Origin: Lama guanicoe
Lineage: Eukaryota
Assembly (NCBI GenBank): GCA_013239625.1
Contig: MU054323.1
Span: 124,001-188,000, forward strand
Direction: 5' to 3'
Length of the DNA stretch: 64,000 nucleotides
The position numbers and the translations under genes are program-made. Positions 23,441 through 34,480 of this stretch are shown here, one piece after another. A model generated the notes under the pieces. That model worked only from the letters and a program-made list of their open reading frames with translations, did not search any database and was not told the origin of the DNA. How positions within the stretch are numbered: the first letter of the stretch is position 1; every line of letters starts with the position of its first letter.

Positions 23441-23999
23441 GGCACAAAGCATGAGCTGTTCAATTAACTATCAAGCAAGATACAAGACGAGATAGTATTA
23501 AGTTGATAAATGAAGACACTAAAGTGTTAATTGCTTTTCAATGAGCTTCATTCAGTTAAGCAGACACTTACTTGGCCATTGACGCAGCTATCCGGCTTGC
23601 CAATGGAAAGCAGATGTTTTCTCATAATCTCCCTCTCTCCTTCCAAATACAGTTCAGGACGGGCTCATGGTCCAGCCTCCTCACTGCAGAGTTACCCCTC
23701 TTCTCCCCAAGAACAGTGAGGTATACTTGAAAGAGGACTCTATGAACACTCCCAGGGAGACTTGTGTTTAAGCCCAGATCTGCGCTTGCTATGCACGACC
23801 TTGGGCAAAGCACATGGTTCACTGTGCTTTTAATCAGCGGTATGGGGGAGATGAACGTTCTGTCCCAACCACCAAAACTGCCTTGAGCCTCCTGGGAGGC
23901 CACATCTCCCTGTACGCTGTTAGACGCTAAGTATCCTTGAAGGTTGCTAGCATCCACCACCAAGCCCAATCCATCCGCCAGTACGAGCAGCCCTCATAC

Positions 24000-24522
24000 T
24001 AAACACGTCTTTATTCTGATGCTTTAATATCTAGGGTCTCACTGACCCTGGAGACACTGCCCCCCCCAAGGGTTAGCAATTTCCTAGAGATAGTAACTGA
24101 CTTTCTGAGTGTGCCTTTCATGTGCAAACCAACGAACCCAGAGTTCACACCCCAACCACCTCCTCTGTCAGGCTCTCGCATGTGTGGGTCACTCCTCACC
24201 TGCCCTGATCGTCCCAGGGCCAGGTACCTGACAACAAGGGACAGCCCCGACCCCCCAGAGCCTGCTGAAATTATTCAAACCAGCCAGTTTACCCTGCCTC
24301 ACCTATTCCCTCCTATGAAAACTGCAGTGGAGGCCCTTGTCCACGTTTTCCCCACATTCCCCTTGCCTCCTAACTGACCCTGATGCTTCCCTATGTGGCC
24401 CTGCATGGCATGGTGTGTCCCTTCCTCTTGGGAACTGGAACAAACTATCAATTCAGTGGCAGCCATCTTCTGATCTATTGGCATCCCCATACCTGGATAA
24501 TAATAAAACAGATTTAAGACCA
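24000..24522 (+). mobile_element. MER74A-like ERVL solo LTR
   Basis: CTGACCCTGGAGACACTGCCCC...TTCCTAGAGATAG...CCAGGGCCAGGTACC...GCTGAAATTATTCAAAC...TAATAAAA. Confidence 0.75.
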
Positions 24523-26139
24523 GCCCTGTAAAGCAGGAAGCTGGATGATGGGGGGAGGAATAGGTGGGAAGGAATCACTCACTTCTTTCTTCTTTTAGAA
24601 TTTGAGCATCGACGCTTCTCCCTGACAAAGTTGAAGGAACCCTCCGCAAGGGGCCTGCCTTTGGGTTCCTGCCGCAGCCCAGCCCAAATGAGTGGCAAAG
24701 ACTAGAACATTAGCGCCCCCTGCTCCCTGGGCCTCATGGACCATTTAAACATCTTGGAACATCAAAAAGGGAGTCTTGATTGTGAATTTGATCCTTTCAA
24801 ATGCTTGATACCCAGGTGTGCTCTGGGGAGCTGATTAGAATTTCCTGAACATTTGACCAGAAGCTTTGGGAACCGGAGGGAAGTGGGCACCAGAATTTCT
24901 AAGCCTGGTCTTCAGCCAAAGACTGTGCTCTGGAAGCCTACACTTTTCTGGGGAGCTTGGCTTGTAAGTGCCCATTGGAACCGTCCAGGGAAGGAGAGTG
25001 CTGGGGAGGCCCGTTCCAGCCCGGGGAGAAGGCTGACAGCCACTGCTGTCCTGGGCAGAACGAAGGGTTCCCGGTGCTGCAGTGCCTGTGGGGTATCCCA
25101 GGACGGAGGCCCTGGGAACCTCTGCTCCAGGGGCCCTAAGGCGAAATGGATGGAGGGCAGAAGAGGAAGGCAGATGAGGGTGCTGGTCTCTTGGGTTCCG
25201 TTGGTGTCACCAGGGCAGCTGGGAAGAGAGAGTGGTGGTGAGACTACTGAATTTGGTCTTGCAGTCTGAACCCTGTCCTTATCAAGGACACGGCCTCCCT
25301 GGTGCCTGGAAAACTGAGGTGGAGCTGGTTTGGGAAGGGCTTAAGCATGAGCTTCCTAAACAAAGGACTGAGGCTGATTCATCTTCTCCTGGATCTTTGT
25401 CGTAAAGTAAATATCAACCCAAAAGGCAATTTGGAACAGAGGTTCAGGAACTGAGCTCATCTGAGCCTCACAAGTCCCAGGCCAAATTAAAAGGCATCTG
25501 GTGCTTCTTGAAGTGGCTTATCCTGGTTCCCCAAGGGTGCCTCTCCAGATGCCAGCCTTGGGGTCTTCTAGGACTTCACTCTCCCAACTTGCCTCTGCTC
25601 TGCCTGGTCCCAGGGCTCTTTGAATGTGGCAAGCAGCCCTCTGGCCACTCCTCCTGCCCTCAGGGGTGGCCAGTGCCCTCTTGGAGCCCGTATCAGCCGC
25701 AAGAGCCAAGTTCAGCCCTGGTGCCAAAGCGCATCCTTGGAGGGAAATAAACATGTTCTAATGAAAACAAAACACTTCCAAACGGGAGTTTCCTGTTGGA
25801 ATTTCCTGGCTGCTCCCCAGGCAGTTGTGATTATAGAAACACTCACTGATTTTTCTTCCTTCTCCAGGGGTGTGGAAGGCACATACAATGACAGTCTTAG
25901 CTTCCCCTTTCTGGACAGAGATGACAATTGTGGTTATCAGAGGAGGCAGCCTGAAACTGTATGGTAGCCCAGAGGAGCTGCCACTCCTGGCCACAAGAAA
26001 AACTAAAAAGTGCCTGCTCACTCATCTCGAATGCTGGTCTGCATTTTCTTCCTCTGGAAATTGGAGCCACTTAAAATAACATACGAGCAAAGCTCTAGAT
26101 GCCATCTTAAATGGTCCTCTATTTCATCACATGCCATTG

Positions 26140-26355
26140 GTGACCAAGCTTCATGCATTTACCTGCTCAAAAATTTCCGCTGAGCTTCTCAAATGAAGCT
26201 CAATGTCTTAACTCAGCGAGCAGGGCTTTTGGTGATCCAGTCCCTGCCTGCCTCTGCATCAACTCCTGCTTCTCCATCCATGCCTCATGCCCCAAGCTCA
26301 TCAGCCTGCCTCACAACATGCCGTTTCTCTGGAGTAGCCTTTCCCTATGTCCGTT
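26140..26355 (+). mobile_element. L2 fragment (continues at 29095-29370)
   Basis: CCTGCTCAAAAATTTCC...GGTGATCCAGTCCCTGCCTGCCTCT. Confidence 0.5.
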
Positions 26356-26358
26356 TAC

Positions 26359-26777
26359 CGTATTAGTTTCCCAGGCCTTCACAGCACTGCACACTGAGTA
26401 GCTCAAACAGCGGGCACATATTGACGCACATTTCTGGAGGCTAGAAGTCTGAGGTCAAGGTGTCAGCAGGGCCATGCTCCTTCTGAAGGCATGAGGGAAG
26501 ACTCTGATCCACGCCTCTCTCCCAGCTGGTCTGCTACAATCTTTGGTGCTCTGTATTGAAGTCTCTTATAGAAGTCTCTGCCACCATGTTCACATGGTGT
26601 CCTTCCTATGTGGGTCTGTGTCCAAGTTTTCTCTATTTATAAGGATATCCAGCATATTGGATTAGGGCTCACTCCAGTGATCTCATCTGAACTTGGTTCT
26701 CTCTACAAAGAACCTGTCTCCACATAAGGCCTTCTGAGATGCAGGGGTAGGGGAGGGACACAATTCAACCCATAACA
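26359..26777 (-). mobile_element. MLT1C-like MaLR solo LTR
   Basis: GTATTAGTTTCC...TTCTGGAGGCTAGAAGTCTGAGGTCAAGGTGTCAGCAGGGCCATGCTCC...GGGACACAATTCAACCCATAACA. Confidence 0.8.
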
Positions 26778-27097
26778 TTTTCTTTTTTGTGTTTGTTTGT
26801 TTAACATTTTTTATTGAGTTATAATCATTTTACAATGTTGTGTCAAATTCCAGTGTAGAGCACAATTTGTCAGTTATACATGAGCATACATACATTCATT
26901 GTCACATTTTTTTCTCTGCGAGCTACCATAAGATCTTGTATATATTTTCCTGTGCTGTACAGTACAATCTTGTTTATCTATTCTACATTTTGAAATCCAA
27001 GTCTGTCCCGTCCCACCCCCCAACCCGCTTGGCAACTACAGGTTTGTATTCTATGTCTATGAGTCTGTTTCTGTTTTGCATTTATGTTTTTTTTTCT

Positions 27098-29081
27098 TTA
27101 GATTCCACAAATGAACGATCTCATATGGTATTTTTCTTTCTCTTTCTGGCTTACTTCACTTAGAATGACATTCTCCAGGAACATCCATGTTGCTGCAAAT
27201 GGCGTTATGTTGTCAGTTTTTATGGCTGAATAGTATTCCATTGTATAAATATACCACATCGTCTTTATCCAGTCATCTGTTAATGGACATTTAGGCTGTT
27301 TCCATATCTTGGCTATTGTAAATAGTGCTGCTATGAACATTGGGGTGCAGGTGTCTTTTTGAAGTAGGGTTCCTTCTGGATACAAGCCCAGGAGTGGGAT
27401 TTTTGGGTCACATGGTAAGTCTATTCTTAGTCTTTTGAGGAATCGCCACACTGTTTTCCAAAGTGACTGCACCAAACTGCATTCCCACCAGCAGTGTAGG
27501 AGGGTTCCCCTTTCTCCACAGCCTCTCCAGCATTTGTCATTTGTGGATTTTTGAATGATGGCCATTCTGACTGGTGTGAGGTGATACCTCATTGTAGTTT
27601 TGATTTGCATTTCTCTGATAATTAGTGATACTAAGCATTTTTTCATGTGCCTACGGATCATTTGTATTTCTTCCTTGGAGAATTGCTTTTTTAGGCCTTC
27701 TGCCCATTTTTGGACTGGGTTGTTTGTTTTTTTTCTTATTAAGTCATATGAACTGCTTATATATTCTGGAGATCAAGCCTTTGTCGGTTTCATTTGCAAA
27801 AATTTTCTCGCATTCTGTAGGTTGTCACTTTATTTTACTTATGGTTTTCTTTGCTGTGCAGAAGCTTGTAAGTTTCATTAGGTCCCATTTATTTATTTTT
27901 GCTTTTATTTCTACTGCTTGGGTAGACTGCCCTAGGAGAACATTTTTGAGATGTATGTCAGATAATGTTTTGCCTATGTTTTCTTCTAGGAGGTTTATTG
28001 TATCTTGTCTTATGTTTAAGTCTTTGATCTATTTTGAGATTACTTTTGTGTATGGTGTAAGGGNNNNNNNNNNNNNNNNNNNNNNNNNNNNNNNNNNNNN
28101 NNNNNNNNNNNNNNNNNNNNNNNNNNNNNNNNNNNNNNNNNNNNNNNNNNNNNNNNNNNNNNNNNNNNNGTTTGTGGGTTCATTTCTGGGCTCTCTATTC
28201 AGTTCCATTGGTACATATGTCTTTTTTTGTACCAATACCATGCTGTCTTGATGACTATAACTCTGTAGTACTGCCTAAAGTCTGGGAGAGTTATTCCTCC
28301 AGCCTCTTTCTTTTTCTTCAGTAATGCTTTGGCAATTCTAGGTCTTTTGTGGTTCTATATAAATTTTATTATGATTTGTTCTAGTTCTGTGAAATATGTC
28401 CTGGGTAATCTGATAAGCATTGCATTAAATCTGTAGATTGCCTTGGGCAGTGTGACCATTTTAACAATATTGATTCTTCCAATCCAGGAGCATGGGGTAT
28501 CTTTCCATTTTTTAAAGTCTTCTTTAATTTCCTTCATCAATGGTTTATTGTTTTCTGTGTATAATTCTTTCACCTCCTTGGTTAGATTTATTCTCAGGTA
28601 TTTTATTACTTTGGGTGCTATTTTAAAGGGGATTGTTTCTTTACTTTCTTTTTCTGTTGATTCATCGTTAGTGTAAAGAAATGCAGCTGATTTTTGAAAG
28701 TTAATCTTGTAACCTGCTACCTTGCTGAATTCTTCGATCAGCTCTAGTAGTTTTTGTGTGGACCTTTTGGGGTTTTCTATATATAGTAACATGTCGTCAG
28801 CATATAATGACACTTTTACCTCTTCTTTTCCAATTTGGATCCCTTTTATTTCTTTCTCTTGCCTGATTGCTGTGGCTAGGACTTCCAGGACTATGTTGAA
28901 TAGGAGTGGTGATAGTGGGCATCCTTGTCTTGTCCCAGATTTTAGTGGGAAGCTTTTGAGTTTTTCACCATTGAGTACTATGCTGGCTGTAGGTTTGTCA
29001 TATATAGCTTTTATTATGTTGAGATACGTTCCCTCTATACCCACTTTGGTGAGAGTTTTTATCATAAATGGGTGTTGAATT
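27098..29081 (-). pseudogene. Disrupted L1 ORF2p (RT domain and C-terminal Cys-rich region)
   Basis: ORF 28355-29065 has [18 protein letters not shown] and the catalytic YADD motif; ORF 27098-27661 has [19 protein letters not shown]; premature stops lie between them and the endonuclease domain is absent. Confidence 0.9.
28064..28169. other. Assembly gap (106 N) inside L1 ORF2
   Basis: Run of N; colinear L1 sequence on both sides. Confidence 1.
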
Positions 29082-29094
29082 CCCTAACATTTTC

Positions 29095-29370
29095 CTTTAA
29101 AGACTTCTCTTTTCTCATGTCGCTTCTGCCTTCTTTCTGCCCCCTGAAAGAATTGGCCATCCCCTTCTTTGTGCCCTCACTAGATCCTGTCCAAAAGATC
29201 ATCAGAAGACCTAGAACATGGCTTTTATATGTGCATGGCTCTCTTATTAGACTGTGAGTTCCTTAAAGACAGGGAGAGAGCTTTACTTCTCTGAATCCTT
29301 GGGGCCCAGAATAATGCCAAGTACACAGGAGGCACTCAGTATTTGTTCCCTGATTAAGTGAGTGACTGAA
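29095..29370 (+). mobile_element. L2 3' end
   Basis: ATTAGACTGTGAGTTCCTTAAAGACAGGGA...AGGAGGCACTCAGTATTTGTT...TGAGTGACTGAA. Confidence 0.7.
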
Positions 29371-29859
29371 AGCATACAATTCCAAGTGAAGGTGTGAACT
29401 GGCTCATTTTCACCAACCTGAATTCCCCCGCCCCCAGTTTGTCTCTGCTGATGCTGTCTGGTCTCCCTTCTGTCAGTCCTTCCCACATCTGATCGGGTAA
29501 TCTTTATAAAATACAAAACTGATTATGTTATTCCCTGGAGTCACTTGCTTGCCACCCATATTGAGTTAAATCTACACGTCTCACCTTGTAGCTATTAGCA
29601 AAATTATTATACAGATTATGATGCATCCATTTAATGAAATCTTACGTAGTCATTCAGTGTGTGAAGAGGACTGTCACTGACAGAGACAATGCATAGAAGT
29701 CTGAGCTCTATTCCAAACAACTGGCCAAACAGAACTGACCAGTCAGACACGGTGTGGCCGAAACAGTTTCTAGCAATAAATAACCAGTGTGATAATTAAC
29801 GCTCATTGTCCCTCTGGTGTTAGGGGGAGAAATGGATACAAAATGGAATACTTAGAGTG

Positions 29860-30418
29860 TGTGGTGGGGACAACATGACAATGGCCCCAGTGACCTTGGT
29901 CCACAGTGTTCTTCCTGGGATTATGTTATGTTATATGACAAAAGGGTGATTATCCGGATAGGCCTGTCTAATCACATAAGCCCTTAAAAGCCAAGAGTTT
30001 TCTCTGGCTGGTAGTAAAAAGGAAAAGTCAGAGATTGGGAGTATAGGAAAGATTTGACATGCCCTTTCTGGCTTTGAAGATGGAGGAGACCTTGGCAAGT
30101 ACTAGAGAGAGGAGTCTGGAAGCTGAGAGGAACCCCTGCTAACAGCTAGCCAGGAAGCAGGGACCTCCATCCTGGTGCCGCCAGGAACTGAATTCAGCCA
30201 ACAACCTGCACGGGCCTGGAGGGACAGTCTCCCCAGCCTCTAGATAAAGGCCTGGTTGACATCTTAACTTGGGCTGGTGACAGTCTAAGCACAGAACCTA
30301 GCTGGGCATACCTGGACTTCAAATTCAGACCTAGCAGAACTGTGAGATAATAAATGGGCGTTGTTTTAAGCCACTGAGTTTGTGGAAAATTGCTATGCAG
30401 CAGTAGAAAACGAACACA
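29860..30418 (+). mobile_element. MLT1E-like MaLR solo LTR
   Basis: TG...CA termini; CTTTGAAGATGGAGG, GGAACTGAATTCAGCCAACAACCTG, AACTGTGAGATAATAAA, TTTTAAGCCACTGAG; 5-bp TSD GAGTG / AAGTG. Confidence 0.85.
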
Positions 30419-30759
30419 AAGTGGGGTAATCATTTTAAAAAAATGAAATTTCCAACAACTGAAAGAAAACACCCCGACCCAGTCACAGAGGCTGCCTTTG
30501 GTCATTGCTTTCCTGCCTGTTCATTCTTCAGCATCCTTTCCAAGTGCTTCATAGTGTGCAGGCGCCACTCCTACAAGGAGCAAAACATAGGGTCTCAACC
30601 TTCTTTTTCTGACAAAGATCTAGATTTCTCAAGGACAGAGGCTGACTGATCTTTGAGCCTTGGTCCATAGACATTTGAATGAACAAATTCAGCTTTCTAA
30701 GCCAAAATGGGTTTGCCTTTCCAGGTATGATCTCTAATCTCAATAGTACCTCTGAAAAT

Positions 30760-30895
30760 TCAGTATTATTATGCCCAGTTCACAGGTGTGGAAGTGGAGA
30801 CCCCCAGTGGCTGAGTGACTCGACCTAGGATCTCACACCTAGTGCACAAGGAGCCTGCCTTTGAACCCAGGTTAGTCTGTGGACCAGAGGGACCA
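30760..30895 (-). mobile_element. MIR SINE
   Basis: TATTATTATGCCCAGTTCACAGGTG...TTTGAACCCAGG. Confidence 0.6.
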
Positions 30896-32049
30896 GCACA
30901 TGCTTCTCTTTGTCTTTACATTCTGCTTATTGGCATTGGCTGATGGGGTTCCAGGCTCCTGTCTGGAGCTGGGCGCTGGGGAGCTTGGGGGAAAATGGCC
31001 CATCCTTGTTCCTGGGGGCTGTGAGCCCAGTGCAGACCAGCAACCACAGCCCCACTTCCCAGCTGCCCTCCCTGCCCCTGCTCCCAAGGCTGGACCACAG
31101 GTACCGGGACAATTTCATCTTTGATGGTCTCTGTCTGGAACCTGGTTAGCTGTGCCCTCCAGAGGCCTGAGTTCCCCCTGTATCCTCACAGTCTGGCCTA
31201 GGCAGCTGTGTGAGCAGGATCCCGCCGACCCGGGGAGGCCCTGTGCGGGGCTTGCGAGAGGGCGCAGCACCGCTGCCTGACTCACCATAACTCTATGCCT
31301 GTGTTTACAACAGAGTTTAAACAATTCTTATGCTGTCGACAACCCCCCACCAAAAGGCAGCTGCAAAACCCCTCCTTCCTGAGCTGACATCCCTGTTTAG
31401 AGAGGGACATCCGGGCTTTTCCTTTTCCCCCCTCTCTCTCTCTCTCCTCTAAAGTGAGATATGAAGAGAGCAGAGAGCTCTCCCAGCCCAGGGCCAGCAC
31501 AGCCTTTTATCACCGGGAGGCCATGCAAGAACCATTTGGAGAGCCTACTTCCTGTCCAGAGAGGAAGTGGCTAGGTCTTGACCTCGGACATACTCTCATT
31601 CCCAATCATTTTCCAGCCTGGAATGCAGTGATTCAGTTTCCATTTATAAAGTGAAATTAGTGCCTGTTGAATACTCGGCATGAGGGAGGGGGTGGGAAGA
31701 AGGAAATGAGACCCCCTTCCAAACAATTCTCCCCTGTTTAGCTTGGAGCCGGCTCTGTTGTGGAAGGATTTCCTTATGGTCAAGGTGTTAGCGGCCTCTC
31801 TCAGGAAGGGCCCTGCTTCATTCTCTTCTGCAGTTAAAAAATTTGCTGGAGTGGCCACGTGACTCGGCACAGGCTTGGCTATAATTGAATCTTGTGTTTC
31901 CATAGCATTTTGTGTTTTTCAAAGAACTGTCACACGTATTGTCTCTGCGGAGCCTCAGAACACCTCTGGAAGGGAAACTGGGAAAGCATTAATGTCCTCA
32001 TTTAACTTTCTTTGCAAAGTGTGTTAATTCTGAGAGCTTCTATGGGAAG

Positions 32050-32250
32050 GCCAGGGAGACAGCGATGGTTCGGGGGACACAGCCAGGACGCGGAGTCAGG
32101 AGACCTGGTTTCTGGTCCTTGTTGGAACTCTGTTTCCTTGTGTGACTTTCTGGATGTTGCTTATTGATCTGTGACGGGGGATAATAATACAGGATCCTCA
32201 CGAGTGTGCCACCCACATGAGTGAGGAGATAGTTTACAGTCTGGTAGCAA
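32050..32250 (+). mobile_element. MIR SINE
   Basis: GGAGTCAGGAGACCTGGTTTCTGGTCC...ATCTGTGACGGGGGATAATAATAC. Confidence 0.6.
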
Positions 32251-33984
32251 TCATTTTGTTGCAGGAACAAATGGCTCTGGTGATGAGCATCTCCTTGGAA
32301 CCCTGGAGAGAATCCTGAGAGAGTTGAGGAACAGGACCAGAGCGATCCACTCACTGCCAAGGCTTGTCTGACCAAGCCCTTTTATTCTTGCCAGACCGAT
32401 GAGTGTGAGAGGGGGCGCTCTCCTGTTTTCACGTAATAGCCATCATTTGTTGGAGCTGCAGTCTCTTTTCTGCGCAACTGCCCTGTCCATGCTGGGCACA
32501 TACCGCACCAAGGTGCTACTGTGCTGATGTGCTGAACTGAACACTCATCAGCCTTTAGTGGCTGAGAGCTTGCTTATGCTGGAGGCTCTCCTGTGTTCTT
32601 TTCCCAGACGATCTTACTACAATAACCTAGAAGAGGGAGTAACTGTTATCTCTGTCTTACAGATTTATTTCTTTGTTTCTTCATTCATTCAGCAAAATAG
32701 TGGGTGACAGTTCTGGGCCAGCCACAAACGGAGTAGGTCATCAGAATGCCTAAAAGAGGCAGCCTCTGATACGACCCATTCGATGTTTTTGGTCACCCAG
32801 ATCCTTTATGACAACAACCCAATTTCCCGTCGGGAGGTTAATTTTCCCAGAACACGTGGTCCTGGTGGAAGGATAAATTCCCAGGTAAAACCATCTTCTC
32901 TGGAAACGTATGTGCTGGACCGCCCCTGTCCTGCCTGTACAGCAGGAAACAGGGATTTAGGTGGTGCCTCCTAGGACTCTGAATCCAAGTGGCTCCCGAG
33001 TGAGTCGGCAAGGGAGAAAGGGAGGGGCTTCAGATCACTCGGGTGGTGCTGGTGGGCAAAGCTGCACAAGGGTAGCCCTGCCTGACTGCCTCTTTCGTGA
33101 GGGAGCTGCTCTATGTCCTGCCTCCTACTTTCTGAGCCTTGGCGTTCCCTCTGCTCATCCCGCAGTCACCTCTCCTTTAGGTGAATCTCCTGAGACCCCT
33201 CTAACAAAGCCCCTTGGGTATAAATCCCCAGAGCTGGTTTCGGAAGTTCACAACAAGACCCTAAACTGATGTAGAAGATTTGGACCAGCAGCACTGAGGA
33301 GCCAGAAGGACCCCTCTTCCCTGGACCTGCCTTCCTCCTGCATCTGTGCCCATCCGGGGAATCGAGAAGCCCTCCTGCTGCTCCTTTTTTTCAGGGGTGG
33401 GATTATGGAGGAAGGGCCGACAATGTACCAGTGGTCCATCCTCCATGCATGGAGCCCCCTCTTTGCTGCCTCCCTGGGTACCTGGGCCTGGGAGGGAAAT
33501 CTGTCCCTTTGATGGGAGTCAAACCCATCTTCATGGCTGCAGCCTCCGTCCTGACTCAAGACACAAACTTCCGACTGGTGAAGACATTGCCCTTCCAAGG
33601 AATATTGCCAACGACCTAAACCCAGAGAGCTTTTTCCTGGTACAGATAGATTTTTCTGGAATCTTCAAGGGCAAAAGAATTTCCCTTTGGAATATAGGAT
33701 CAACCCATAGGCCTGGAGCTAGGAGGAAACTCATCCTTCTTCCCCGTACTCCCCCCACAGTGATGTCCTGACCCCATGACCCCCCTTTCTCATCCCAACT
33801 GACCGAGAGCTCCCTAAGGGTGGAAATCAAGCTGCTTTCACCCCTCTCTCCACGGTGCCAGGCACGGGTCCTGGCACAGAGATTTCGAGTTGACTAAGTG
33901 GGTGTGGCTCCCTACACCCGCGGCACAGAGGTTAAGATTTGACTTGGAGGCACTTTGTCCCCAAAGGAGGTGGTAGTTGGGAAT

Positions 33985-34480
33985 CTGGGCCTCGAGAAAT
34001 TTTAGGGGGATAGACATTTGCTGAGTTTCCTGAGATGCCGTCATTGTGCTGGATGCTGGGACAGGATGGAAAATTATACAGTCCTTGACCGTGGGGGCCT
34101 CACAGGGGAGCTGCACAGATAAAGAAACCATTTCCATGGAGTAAGAGCTACCACGGAGGTACCAGGAACAGGTTTTTGGAGACCAACATGTCACTTTTCA
34201 GAAAATCAAGGTGAAAAGAGGGCCTCAGTCATACAGTGAATGGCCAAGGCTCAAGTCCAGACATTTGTACTCACAGGGCGGATGTCCGCCCATAGCTCTT
34301 TCTTCTCCCTGGTGCCATTTGTGAGTTATTACATAATTAATTCAAACACTTATTGGTGCCAATGATGAGTCCAGCACAGTGCTTCCGGCTGCGGACGCAG
34401 AGGACAGCCGGGTGCATGCAATCACTGTATCTCTTCATGGGGCGTACATCCTGGTGGGTAGACAGCCATGTGAAAGAGAA
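33985..34480 (-). mobile_element. L2 fragments (antisense)
   Basis: CATTTGCTGAG...TGTGCTGGATGCTGGGAC...CAGTCCTTGACC; second piece ATTCAAACACTTATTG...CCAGCACAGTGCT. Confidence 0.5.

Larger units (their letters stand above)
26783..29081 (-). mobile_element. 5'-truncated, relatively young L1 (camelid lineage)
   Basis: T-rich tail at left, 3'UTR, long ORF2 pieces; TSD CCATAACATTTTC (26770-26782) / CCCTAACATTTTC (29082-29094). Confidence 0.95.

Noticed and set aside
27600..29078. Hydrophobic + strand ORFs (27625-28251, 28722-29078 and others) resembling membrane proteins
   Set aside because: They are antisense frames of A-rich L1 ORF2.
33219..33225. TATAAAT box
   Set aside because: Isolated motif with no supporting promoter or gene downstream.
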